64,000 bases of DNA from the NCBI RefSeq assembly GCF_018977255.1, contig NW_024704745.1:13702001-13766000 (forward strand). The letters run 5' to 3'. Every line of letters begins with the position of its first letter. The stretch's first letter is position 1. The stretch is from Callorhinchus milii. Its lineage: Eukaryota. The notes under the pieces were generated by a model, which searched no databases, was not told the DNA's origin, and worked only from the letters and a program-made list of their open reading frames with translations. Positions 50,329 through 62,900 of the stretch are shown piece after piece. The translations under genes and the position numbers were made by a program.

Positions 50329-50619
50329 TAATAATAATAATAATAATAATAATCCTTGCATTTGATATAGCGCTTTTCACGTCGGAAGGACGTCGTTCCA
50401 AAGCGCTTCACAGAAACGCGGCAGCCAATTGCACACAGCAATGTCCCACAAACAGTCGTAGATTGAAAATGACCAATTAATTATTGTTTTTTTGTTTTTG
50501 GAGGGATTATATTAGCTTATGGAGTAAGGAAACTTGCCCAAGGTTTCGCCCTGCCTGGAATTGAACTCAGGTCTCTCACTTGCAAAGCGAGTGCTCTAAC
50601 CACTGAGCTACAGGACTCC
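50329..50619 (-). mobile_element. tRNA(Ala)-derived SINE, young copy with small internal deletion
   Basis: Family head and tail in reverse orientation. Confidence 0.93.
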
Positions 50620-51551
50620 ACGAAGCGTTCCTATGTGCTTAAATGTTGCTCAAAGGATACGTTTTTGCGACCACAACTAAAGAGGAATGCAACATTGTAA
50701 CCGAAACATATATTTTCCAATGATGGCTTGTATTTTCATGTAACATTAAAGAGAATTTATTTATCAAAAAATAAAAGCAAAAGTGTGATGTTTTAAAAAT
50801 ATTTTGGCAGATAACCTGAGACTGGTTTAAGAATTGTTTGCACAGAATTTGACCGTTTGGAACTGAATGTTGGAACAACAGTCAAAAATCTCTAAATCAT
50901 TTGTACAAAAAGGAGTAAATTGCTAAAACCTAAATGATTCAATAGTTAATGATTCTCTTAAGATTAGTTTTTCTTTGTTTGCACAGAAACAAAAGACTCA
51001 GATATTTAAAACTGAGTTTGGGAAGTATTTCTTCAAGCAGAGGATTGTGGAGATGTCTAGCCTAGAAAGTTGCTGAGCATTATCAAGGGCTTTGGTTATT
51101 CTATGATCAATTGCGGTTTCAATAAGCTGTCCCAACTAAAGAGCTCAAATTAATCTGAGAAACAATTTTGCAGCAATGATTAGCACAGGTAAACGGTAAT
51201 AGAGGGGAGAAGAAGACTATAGGTGAGGTTAATAGGAGGGCTGGTTTGGATTATTGTATAAACTCCAGCACTGACTAGTTGGACCAATTGGCCTGTTTCT
51301 GTGCTGCATCCCTATCTATGTAATATTGTGCTCTTATGTGCAGCAGCTTTGGTTTTCTTTGTTAATTATCCTAATTATTTAAGATTAAGCTCCTAACTCT
51401 ACAGTTTTGATAACTTGGTCACTTATACACTTAGTGTCAGAACGCACCTCCCTAAAATGTACCACTTGATATGGTGCAGTACCTTTCAACATAACATAAG
51501 ATCACAAGCTTGGTTTGGATGAAAAAGCCTTTTGGCCCGTCTGATCTCAGA

Positions 51552-52190
51552 ATAAATGTACTACCATTTTCCACCTCCACGGCATTGCCCGCCTCCGCCA
51601 ATACCTCACAACCAACGCAGTTGAAACCCTTGTCCACGCCTTCATCATTACCCGGCTGGAATACTCCAATGCCCTTCTTGCTGGTCTCCCCAATTCTACC
51701 ATACCCAAAATCCAATTAATTCAAAACTCCACTACATGAATACTCACCTGCATGAAACTACGTACCCCCATCACACCAGTCCTCCAGACTCCATTGGCTC
51801 CCCATCACCGAATGGATCAATTTCAAGATCCTCTCATTTGTTTTTAAATCCCTTCATGCCCTCAGACTTCCCTACCTATCCAAACTGCTTAACCCCCACT
51901 CCCCTACCCGCTGTCTATGCTCGGCTAGCTCTAGCCTCCTGTTTGTCCCTCATCCCCTCCACCATCGGTGGCTGTGCCTTCAGCCACTATGCCCTGAAAC
52001 TCTGTAACTGTCTCCTTCAATCTGTCACTTTGCCGCCTCATTCCCCACCTTAAAATCCCACCGAAAGACCTTCCTTTTTGATCTGGTTATGGTCACCTGC
52101 CCCCTCTCCCTTGCTCATTGTCAGATGAGCACTGTGAAGTGCCCAGGATACTACCAGGAGGTAGCGCTATATAAATGCAAGTTGTTGTTA
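51552..52190 (+). mobile_element. Older L2-clade LINE 3' fragment
   Basis: Degenerate ETLVHAFII.RLEYSNALL and LHWLP motifs, followed by the family tail. Confidence 0.8.
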
Positions 52191-54394
52191 TAATCCTCCC
52201 ATCACAGCATCAAGCTGCTATTAAATGAGCACAGAGCTGAACCTGGATTAATTACCTGGGTTCAATGGATGTGACCATATTCAATAATGGTCTTGTGTAC
52301 ATTTAAATTATTTTTTTTTAAAATATTTTTTAAAAAATACCTTTATGTCTACAATTTCAACTTAGAGATAACAATCAAGGGCACAATTTCCCATAACCTG
52401 TGCCATATGGAAAATGTGCTTTTCATGGAGGAAGAATGAATGAATAAAGTTTTTCCTTCTCACCCAGAGTGGAACCATTGACTAGGAGGTCTGTGTGAGA
52501 AATTCCCAAACTCCCCAGGTCTTTCCAAACTGATTCAATCATCACATGAGTTCAAATTTCAGATATTCTCAAGACCCTCCTCATTGACTGCACCATTGAT
52601 CACACTCCTACTCCAACCCTCCCTGCCCTCCACCCCTTCTGATCCCAACCCACTGCTTGGGTCCAAATCCCTGACTGTCCAGCGCCTTGGGACATCTTCC
52701 CAACATGAAAGGTCTTATACAACAACAAATAATTACATTTGTATATTTATACACTTCTGTTTTCTTTTCCCTAAGTATCAAACTGGCAACCCTGGCCGGC
52801 AAATGGTAGCAAATATTGCCTCCAAGTTTACGAATGTCACAGCAGTGATATTTTACTAAAGAAACCTCTATTGATCTCATTTAGGAACATAGGAACAGGA
52901 GTAGGCCATTCAGTCCTTCCAGCCTGTTCCACCATTCTATAAGATGATGGCTGATCTGTACCTCAACTCCAATTACCTGCTCTTGCCCCATATCTCTCAC
53001 CCGTTTTTCAGTTATAACATTGAAATAGCTTCCACATATTCACTGGGTGCATAATTGAATCGTCACTATACACTGGCATACAAAATCTCACAACTACGCC
53101 TAAAATGACTTGTTGAGAAATGTTGGTGCGGTCTTAGTCTACAATTTTCCATCAGGACTTTGTTGATTTTAGTCTTGTGGTTACTGAAAAAAATGGTTTG
53201 TAAATGAAGGTGCTATTATGGCACATACAGCACAGTAGCCAATGGACTATTGCAGGCATTCGCAGCAATGGAAACTTGTTGAGAATTAGAGGTTAAACAC
53301 AGTGAGTAACAGCATTCCTTTCTCAAGGCAGCACATGAATTCCAGCAAAATCCAAACAGATGCAATGAAACGCAGTTGCACAATGAAACACAAATGCATA
53401 TCAAGAAACTTCCAGCAGATGCAAACATATTTTTCCATTTATTGATGGTCACATTTGGGCAGCCTGAAATAGGTAAGGGGTGTGGGAAATGGAAAAGTCA
53501 CCCTAGGATAGAAGGCTTTTTTAAGGTACGTTGGCAGAATTATGTAAGATGAAATCTGCATTAGAACGATGTTCCATTTCTCATAACTGATCCTTTAAAA
53601 ATTTTCCATTTCTCAACACAATCCCCTTAAGGAGCATTGGTTTACAAAAGACTCCAAAATAAAGAATGGAGCACATAATAATAATAATCCTTGCATTTGA
53701 TATAGTGGCTTATCACGTAGTTAAGACTTCTCAAAGCACTTCACAGGATATACTACAAAGTGGTTTGTCTGTGTATTGCATATTCTAATATATAACAAAC
53801 AGGGGAGGGGGCTCAGAGCTTTAATCGTCTCTGCGTATAGAAGAAGAATCCTTCCATTTGATATAGTGCTTTATCACATCTTCAAGATGTCTGAAAGCGT
53901 TTCACAGGATATATTGTAAAGTGAATTGACTGTATATTTTGTGGGCAAATCCCTAAGTTTGGGTAAATGATGCCTTGATTTCAAGGTGGGTGCATTGTAT
54001 TGCCATTAATTCCCAAATCTTAAAAAAAAGAGATCAAGTATAGTCTTGTTTACTGGCGATCCTGGACTGCAATTGGTAGCAAATATTGCTTCCAAGTTTA
54101 TAAATGTCACAGCAATGATATTTTACCCTTCCCTTGTTTCCAGTGTTTTTTAGTACTCAGGAGAAAAAAAATTTATGTATTTTTTGTGATGCACCAAATT
54201 TCGAAATGATGCCCACAACCTTCTCTCTCCATTTACAGTATCACTGAAGCTAAGCACTGCATCCTGATTCATTGTTTTCCCCCAGGAAGCGGAGGGAGCA
54301 CATGGCTTTGCAGCAGTCTCACTCTGGGTGCAGGGCAAGTGAAGTGAAGAACAACTGGAGCCGTATGTATTAATAAAGGGTTGAGAGGCTCACT

Positions 54395-54436
54395 AACCTT
54401 TTAATAAATTCTTTTAAAAGAATTTATTAAAAGGTT
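54395..54436. repeat. Perfect 42-bp palindrome containing AATAAA on both strands
   Basis: AACCTTTTAATAAATTCTTTT|AAAAGAATTTATTAAAAGGTT. Confidence 0.95.
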
Positions 54437-55333
54437 TTTAAAAATCCTTAAGGTCAGGAACTTTCATGCTTGCAATGTTTAAGTTTAAAAGTACATGTCA
54501 GTCTTCATAATTCATGACACTCCAAGTGGTGTATAATTATATTCTCGAGATGATCTCATGACATTTGCCTGATTTGGGTTTCTGCCAGAAACTGAGATTA
54601 TATTATAGAATTTATATTGATATTTGGGGGATTTCCCATGCTGCTACAAGGAGTAATTTCATCTCCTGGAGTATTAGCGCTCCGAGATGGTACCATACAC
54701 GAAGGCCACAATATTAATGCAAGTTTTTGTTCTATTATTAGCATGTTGCTTTCAGAGATAATGTACATAACAATTTCTCACATTAACTTTTTTTAGAAAA
54801 TATGTTTTTTCCCTTTCATTTTTTTTCTCTTAAAGACAAATATTGGGAACTTCCTGATCGCACTGTACTTGTGAAAGTGAAGGATGAACATGCTGAGCAA
54901 CTGAACACCTTTTTCGTAAAACATGTAGTAGCAAATAAGAGAAAACAGTGAATACCATCAAGATGTGAAGGAACCGCATATATGCAGTGAGGCAGGCACT
55001 TTCCCACTGCATAGTGATTCTTTTGGCACATGGACAATACAAGTAAGGTTGTATCTCTGTGTTTGGTGTGATGCTATCAAGCCTTAGAGAGCAAGTATAA
55101 GACAGGTTAGATGCAAAGCAAATCTCCTCTACCTCATGTTAACAAGATGCCTCACTCCCAATTTCTCAAGCATAGCATTTCCAGTTATCACACACACACG
55201 CAGCAACACTGGGGCCAAAGCGAGTGAGATGGCTTAGTTAAATCTTTTAGGCGTAGTTGTAAGCTTTTCAAGCAGGCAGTGTACTTACGCATGAATGGGA
55301 CAGTGAGCAGATTTTATCACTTTTACTGGATCA

Positions 55334-58300
55334 CTATTTCATGTACTCCCTTTCACTGGTATATTCCATAAATGATCCGCTCAGATCTGCAAAGTCTTCC
55401 AAAACCAGGCTGGTAGAATCCTCACCAAACAGATCGTTGTGGTCAGGCCACGGCTTTTTGAAGAGGGATTCCTGAGGTTCCTGGGAGGTCGAAGAAACAC
55501 GCAGTGGTCTGTCCCCACCTCTGGGTTTCTCCTTCTCAGCTTCGACCGAAGGGGCCAGTACGTGGTAGAGACTGGGCAGTCGGATGTCGTAGCGGACCCC
55601 ACCCCTGCAGTAGAGCTTGTCAATCAGTGAGTAAAGCTTGTCTGCGATGTCGTTACCGAGCATGACAGTAAACAGGCGTGCAATGTAGTGATCGTTGGCC
55701 AAGAGCAGAAACAGCTTCCTCCTCCTCCAGGTCACATAGCAACAGTCTGTCTCTGCCGTCAGTGTCACCTGCAAAATTCAGATGCTTTGAGACCCTCGCT
55801 GATACCAGTGTTAAAATTACTGCAGATTAGCCTGCACTGTCTCACCAGAGGCACATCAGCTACAGATTAATTCCTCTTAACTTCCCTGAAATTCTTCACT
55901 CGACCTTAACAAGTTTGAACTGAGGACTTTAGTCCCAAGTTTTATGTTCAATTAACTGAGCTACTCAAGATATTCTCTTTTCATCCCCATAGGATTGAAA
56001 CGCAGGAGAGAAGCTGGAACGTAGCAGAACATAGAAAGGAAGTTACCGAGCTCTCACTTATCTCCCAGCAGACAAATCAAGGCGGAGCAACGGACGCGAT
56101 ATGGGAGTAGGTTCGCTCAATTAAAAAAAACATGCTCAATGCCACCAGGCACCAACATTCAAAATTAATAATAATAATCCTTGCATTTGATATAACGCCT
56201 TATCATGTCATTGAGATGTTTCACAGAATATATTGTCAAGTGGAATGACAGTGTTAAACATTTTAATAGGAAAGCCATGATATATGTTAGATCTTTAAAT
56301 GTGTTGGTGTCAAAAATGTCAAAAAGCAAGCCGAGAAAACTGAACTACAGTACCTGAAAGTTTCCTTCTTCATTTGGCCGCAGAGATTCCCATTCTGGAG
56401 AGTCAAGGAATTGGTACGGGAATATATAGTGCAGAAACTGACCCTCATGGGTCACACGAATCCTACAGAAACACATATAAAATGGTTTGCTTCAACTTTA
56501 CTGAACAAGTTGTGGTTGTATGATCTTACCAGTAACTCCCTCCTTTGCAATTATTCCCTCCTTTCTATTCAACTGTGTTTTCTTAGGTCATGTTGGAGAA
56601 GAAAATTTAACTTACAGTACTTCAAGGGCTCTGCCAAATCTATCCTGACACCAGATGCTGGAAAATATGAAACAGACCATGAATGCCTATTCTCTCCCAT
56701 TTTCTCCTTCCTGCTTGTGAGAGGAACTTGGCCTCTCCACTCAGCCCAGCATCAAACTCCACCAGTGATGTCTACAATCTAATATCTACAGTCTATCACC
56801 CTCTACAAATCCCTTCACACCCTGGCACCTCCCTACCTTACTGGCCTACTTTCCCCCATGCCACCACCCATTGCCTCCGCTCGGCTGACTCTGGCCTGCT
56901 GCTTGACCCTTGTCCCCTCTGCTCTACTATCGGCGGCCACACTTTCAGCCACTATGCTCTGAAGCTTTGGAACTCTCTCCCCCAATCCCTCCGCTTGACC
57001 CCTGCTTTCCCTCTTTTAGATCACGAGTGAAGACCTTCCCTCTATGACTGTGCTTACAGTCACCTCCTGCCTCCCCCCGTTCAGCATCAGTTTTCAGCAC
57101 CGTTAAGTGTTCCAAGACACTGCCACATGTGAAGGGCGCTGTAAATGTAAGTTGTTGTTAATGATGAGATATACTCCCAAAGTGGAAGATGCTTTGAGAC
57201 ATCTTCCCGGAGTGGAAGATGCTATACCAAATGTAAGCAGAGGGTTATTATCCTCTCTGTCTAATGGATCACACAGCAATGAAACATACCTCAATGTTTA
57301 AAGCTAAAACCCAAAGGCAGAATAACTTTATTTAAATATTTTATTGTTTTTTGTCTGTGTTTACTGTTATGTTTTGGGGGTTGTTTTCTATTACATTTCT
57401 TGTCACTTTTATTTTCTTCAGTCAGGCACTGACAGCATCACCATCCATGGTTGCACACTCCACCTCACTGAGCCAGTCTGGAAACTTGGGGTCTCGTTTG
57501 ATCCTCAACTATCCTTTCTACTCCACATCTGCGCCATGACCCGCTCTGCCTTCCCCCACCTCCGCAACGTCACTCGGCTCCACCACTGTCTCACTCCGCA
57601 GGACACCAAAACCCTCATACACGTCTTCATTACATCGAGGATTGATATGCAAACTCTCTGCTTGTCGGCCTCCCCAACTCCTCCCTCCACAGGCTGCAGA
57701 TCATCCAGAACTCTGAGTCCTCTCCAGCACTAGGCTCCGCGACCCTATCACCCGCATCCTTGTCCAACTCTACTGGCTTCCCATCACACAGAGGATACAG
57801 TTCAAGATCCTGCTCCTCATCTTCAAAACCCTCCACGGTCTTGCTCCCCCTACCTCTCCGACCTCCTAACTCCCTACCATGTCGCTTGCTTCCTCCGCTC
57901 GGCGGGCTCCAGCCTGCTTCACGTCCCCGCCTCGCCCGGCCCACTATTGGCGGGTGGGCCTTCCGCTACTCTGCCCCCACCCTCTGGAACTCCATCCCGC
58001 AGTCCCTCCACCTCACCCCCTCCCTTACCAACTTCAAGACCCATCTCAACACCCTCCTCTTCGACCATGTTTTCGATCTCCCTGCTTCCCCCCTGCCCTC
58101 CACCCTCCCCGACCCCCAGCTCGGGTCTGTAACTCTGTCTGTCCAGCGCCTTGCGACGTCCTCCCGACGTGAAAGGCTCTATACAAATGTAATTTTGTTG
58201 TTGCTGTTGTTGTTTATTTGACCATTTATCAATAATGTAAACACAGCAATTCTTTCCTTATAACAAGGCTGGTATAATAAGTTTCAAAGGCAATTCAAAC

Positions 58301-59724
58301 AAAAGAAACTTCTATTCATGAGCAACTCACCACTAAAACAAGTTTTAAATTTTTTTCCCAAACACACACATGAGTGTGATTTCCCTACCAACTAAAATAA
58401 CTACAGTGTAAGATGAAAATCAAACCATAAATGCTAAAAATATATTAACAGTAGGAGAGCTCTGCATTCAAAATCATGACATAAGTGATTTATTAACTGC
58501 TCCTCAACTTTTAATTTAAAAGATTATTGGTTTGAGCAAAAGAAATGGCCACCTCCTGTAAAATAATAATAATCTTTACATTTGGTGTAGCGCCTTATCA
58601 TGTTGTTGAGACGTCTCAAAGCACTTCACAGAATATATCATAAAGTGAATTATATATTGAATAGTATATTTTTGTTTTGTTAATGTTATTTTTGGCGGAT
58701 TGCTTTTCTGGGGGTAATAAACCCTTCCAAAAATAATAATAATAATTTAGTCACTCAACCCATTACTGTTTGTGGGACGCTGCTGTGTGCAATTGGCTGC
58801 TGCGTTTTGCCCACAAAATATACAGTCAATTCACTTTACAGTATATTCTGTGAAGCGCTTTGAGATGTCTCGGAGACATAAGGCATTATATCAAATACCA
58901 GGATTATTAATACTGTATCTCGCCCACAAAACACACAGTCAATTTACTTTACTGTAAATTTACTTACTATGTGAAGCACTTTGAGATGTCTCAAAGACGG
59001 GACAAGACACTGTAACAAATGCAAGGATTATTATTATCATGATTGCGCCTCGCCCCCAAAATGCACAGTCAATTAATTCACTTCACGGTATATTCCGTGA
59101 AGCGCTCTGCGATGTCTCGGAGATGGGATAAGGCGCGGTATCAAACTCAAGGATTATTATTATCATGTTTTGAGTGTCAAGATGTGGGATGGCTTCTGTG
59201 TTTCCGTTAAGGAGAAAGGGAAACAGTGTACCTCCCCGAGAGCAGCAGTGACAGGCGGTCGATGGCGGTCTTGCCCTCCACCGCATAGTCCTGCTCCTGG
59301 TCCAGGCTGACCACGGCGCGGTCGCAGCACTTCACCACCTCTTGTAGACGACGAGGGGCACCTCCAAAGGCAGGAACATGGACTTGTACAGAGAGGAGAA
59401 GTCTTCGTCGAAGCGGACTTTCCTGAGGCGGTAGCAGACGTGCGCCAGCTGCGCCAGGCACAGGGACACCAGGAGCCAGCACCAGACGAAGACATCCAGC
59501 CCGCAGGCGTCGAACCAGCCCCAGAGCGCCTCGATCACAAACCCGGCGCCCAACAGACTGAAGATGTACACCAGACCGAAGTAGCCGCTGCCACCCATGT
59601 AGCCCAGAGTGAAGACCACATTGCCCAAGTGGTAGATGGCCCCCTGGCTCTGGTTACTCCAGGTCTGGCACTCGTTTGGTCCGTGGACGATAGTTTCCAA
59701 GAGAGTCGAGTTTTCTGGCAGCAT
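55334..59724 (-). CDS. POPDC2: Popeye domain-containing protein 2 (cAMP-binding membrane protein), ~345 aa proximal isoform
   Basis: Exon 59232-59724 (GAIYHLGN...GYMGGSG...[10 protein letters not shown]...[19 protein letters not shown]; 1-nt deletion at ~59341), exon 56354-56462 ([19 protein letters not shown]) and exon 55334-55768 (VTLTAET...DIADKLYSL...[11 protein letters not shown]...[12 protein letters not shown]...EYMK*). ACGLD, EVVKCC and the C-termini favour POPDC2 over POPDC3/BVES. Confidence 0.93.
56790..57160 (+). mobile_element. L2-clade LINE 3' end
   Basis: [22 protein letters not shown] motif and family tail. Confidence 0.8.
57420..58213 (+). mobile_element. L2-clade LINE 3' fragment
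   Basis: [11 protein letters not shown]...SAFPHLRNV...[20 protein letters not shown]; tail gacgtcctcccgacgtgaaaggctctatacaaatgtaattttgttg. Confidence 0.92.
58563..59165. mobile_element. Cluster of four SINE 3'-end fragments in POPDC2 intron 1
   Basis: One inverted and three tandem copies of ...cagtcaattcactttacag...aagcgctttgag...caaggattattat. Confidence 0.85.
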
Positions 59725-59737
59725 TTTTTTTTTCTTC

Positions 59738-60085
59738 TCTTCCTCCTCTCCTCCTCCTCCTTCCTCCTCCTCCTCCTTCCTCCTCCTCCTTCTCTTCCTC
59801 CTCCGAAAAGGGCAAACTTGGCAAGACTCAGGGGCTCAAATTTGATCCACAGAGTAGTTTTACGCACCGCACAAGAGGAGGGGAAGGGAGGGCTGTACTG
59901 TACTGTACTGTGTGTGTATATATGTGCGTCTGTGAGTGTCACACACACACACACACACACACACAGAGAGAGGAATGTGTCCCTCTTGGCAGCAGAGCGA
60001 AGTTACAGAGAAAAGGATACCATGTTTGGACTTGAAATCCAAGGAGGTCTGAGAGGGAGCGAGAGAGAGAGAGAGAGAGAGAGAG
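59738..60085. repeat. Microsatellites upstream of the POPDC2 ATG: (CCT)n, (CA)n, (GA)n
   Basis: Visible at ~59738-59802, ~59940-59964 and ~60061-60085. Confidence 0.9.
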
Positions 60086-61294
60086 AACAGATGACACTTA
60101 ACATAACTGGCACAGGCGATAAGAGGTTCCCATACCCCCTCCTCCCGAAATAATACGCNNNNNNNNNNNNNNNNNNNNNNNNNNNNNNNNNNNNNNNNNN
60201 NNNNNNNNNNNNNNNNNNNNNNNNNNNNNNNNNNNNNNNNNNNNNNNNNNNNNNNNNNNNNNNNNNNNNNNNNNNNNNNNNNNNNNNNNNNNNNNNNNNN
60301 NNNNNNNNNNNNNNNNNNNNNNNNNNNNNNNNNNNNNNNNNNNNNNNNNNNNNNNNNNNNNNNNNNNNNNNNNNNNNNNNNNNNNNNNNNNNNNNNNNNN
60401 NNNNNNNNNNNNNNNNNNNNNNNNNNNNNNNNNNNNNNNNNNNNNNNNNNNNNNNNNNNNNNNNNNNNNNNNNNNNNNNNNNNNNNNNNNNNNNNNNNNN
60501 NNNNNNNNNNNNNNNNNNNNNNNNNNNNNNNNNNNNNNNNNNNNNNNNNNNNNNNNNNNNNNNNNNNNNNNNNNNNNNNNNNNNNNNNNNNNNNNNNNNN
60601 NNNNNNNNNNNNNNNNNNNNNNNNNNNNNNNNNNNNNNNNNNNNNNNNNNNNNNNNNNNNNNNNNNNNNNNNNNNNNNNNNNNNNNNNNNNNNNNNNNNN
60701 NNNNNNNNNNNNNNNNNNNNNNNNNNNNNNNNNNNNNNNNNNNNNNNNNNNNNNNNNNNNNNNNNNNNNNNNNNNNNNNNNNNNNNNNNNNNNNNNNNNN
60801 NNNNNNNNNNNNNNNNNNNNNNNNNNNNNNNNNNNNNNNNNNNNNNNNNNNNNNNNNNNNNNNNNNNNNNNNNNNNNNNNNNNNNNNNNNNNNNNNNNNN
60901 NNNNNNNNNNNNNNNNNNNNNNNNNNNNNNNNNNNNNNNNNNNNNNNNNNNNNNNCCCGCACTTCCTCGCTTCCCGTTGCTTCGTGTCAAATACCAAAAT
61001 GCTGGATGTGACTGAGTCGGGAAATCCTGTATTCTCTCCAGTTTTCAGTGTGATAAATGGTGGCGGCGCTGGAAGGCTCCACAGCGCGTAATCCACGAGT
61101 TTCGCTGAGATTTTTGAACTGGTAGAAGGCGCTCTTGGGCACGGGGTGACCTGTAGGTCCTGATGGGTGTATAGGATTTTCGAGAGTCAGGTTTCACAGC
61201 TGCCCAGGGAGAGTGAAGTCTTTGCATTCCAATTGTTATCCATCATATGCACAGCTAAACCTTTAGGATCCAGCTCTGCGCAGTATTACAGTAT

Positions 61295-61636
61295 TAATAA
61301 TAATAATCCTTGCATTTGATATAGCGCTTTTCACGTCGGGAGGACGTCCCAAAGCGCTTCACAGAACACACTGTAAAGTGAATTGACTGTATATTTGTGG
61401 GCGAACGCGGCAGCCAATTGCGCACAGCAATGTCCCACAAACAGTCGTAGATTGAAAATGACCAATTTTATTATTGTTTTTGGTTTTGGAGGGATTATTA
61501 TTAGGCTCTGTGTGGAGTAAGGAAACTTGCCCAAGGTTTCACCCTCTGCCTGGAATTGAACTCAGGTCTCTCGCTTGCAAAGCGAGTGCTCTAACCACTG
61601 AGCTACAGGATTCCTTCCACTGAGCTACAGGACTCC
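61295..61636 (-). mobile_element. tRNA(Ala)-derived SINE, young full-length copy with duplicated first ~20 nt
   Basis: Family sequence; ccactgagctacagga(t/c)tcc occurs twice in tandem at the head. Confidence 0.95.
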
Positions 61637-62659
61637 TATTACAGCTGCATCTGGAATACTTACTCCCCAGGCATATTGATCTGGAGGAGCAAATGCTTAT
61701 CAGTACAATTCATTTCACGAGAACAAGACTCATGCAAATGTGATGTGCAAAGGATGAGTGCGGGTCTACTTGACTCAATGTCGCTTCCTCTGAAGCATCT
61801 TGAAATGTTGTACTGTGTACCCATTTGTACCACCTCCCGGCTCAACGGTACATAGACGTGTAACCACCGGTTCATTCATACCTATTAATTGCAAGGTTCA
61901 ATGTGTTCCTTTCAATCCAGGGTGTTTCCAGCAGCAACAGCTTGCAGCGCGAGTTAATCGAATCATACAGTGGGAAACCAATGTAATGACTTTCACACTG
62001 TCTTACTGGACTATTTATTGACACAATTTGCTTGGTTGTCATCCAGAAAACCATTGAGCCAGGTTTATTATTCATTCTTTTAATTGCTCAAATTCAAATA
62101 CAGTGCCAAACTCAGCCCATATTCGCTCTCATGTTACTGTACATGTCTGTGTATAGGAGAACTGGAAGCAGCAGCCTTTAGCAATACTCCACTTGTATAC
62201 CAATTGGCTAAATTTATATGTAACATGCTAGTTTACACTCAGAGACTTATTTCTCTAGTAAGGTATTTCTGGAACTTATTTCTAATAGAAAAAAATAGAA
62301 AAAAATCATAACACAGTTTCATTTTTTTCAAGGATGGGGACGGGGCTGGAGAAGGGAGAAATATAAGTGGGATCTCCACAGGACTGAGTTGGCTCCAATC
62401 TGATGTGCCTGGAAATGAATAACCGAGATCCGTTCCGAGATCGAATATGGCCACTCAAACTGGATGGTGAGAGGTCGTTACAAATAATACTGCACAGGCT
62501 GCAATAGTGTTAAATAAGTTGTTTATTTCAGTTTTTACTGAGCAGATAGGTAACCCATCTGATCTGGAAAGAGAACTCAAGGATGGCACGGAGGAAAGTT
62601 ACAATGCCATTCAGATCACTACCAGCACGGTTGCCAAACAGCTATACAACTTTAGTTTT

Positions 62660-62900
62660 TAAACCTCAGGGGGCAGATAAATTGCATCCAAGGATCCTTA
62701 AGGGTCTAAGGGATCAAGTTGCTGAAATGCTGGTACAAATCACTGAACACTGGAGGATGTCAGGGAACTGGAGAATGGCAGATGTTACTCCTATTTTTAA
62801 GTAAGGCAATAAAAGTGACCCAGAAAAGAAGACCACAAACTTTGACATCCATTGTGGGTATAATTATGGAGAATCTTATTAAGGATAAAATCAAAGAGCA
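62660..62900 (+). mobile_element. CR1 LINE reverse-transcriptase fragment
   Basis: GADKLHPRILK...WRMADVTPIFK...RPQTLTSIVG.IMENLIKD is typical of the CR1 RT N-terminus. Confidence 0.8.

Noticed and set aside
59440-60153. 237-aa plus-strand ORF overlapping POPDC2 exon 1
   Set aside because: Antisense shadow of GC-rich coding sequence plus microsatellites; no recognisable domain.
60957-62000. Possible exons of a further gene (CpG-rich gap edge; ORF 61660-61875 ending at a gtaagt donor)
   Set aside because: No recognisable protein similarity in the frames I read; cannot be supported without transcript data.
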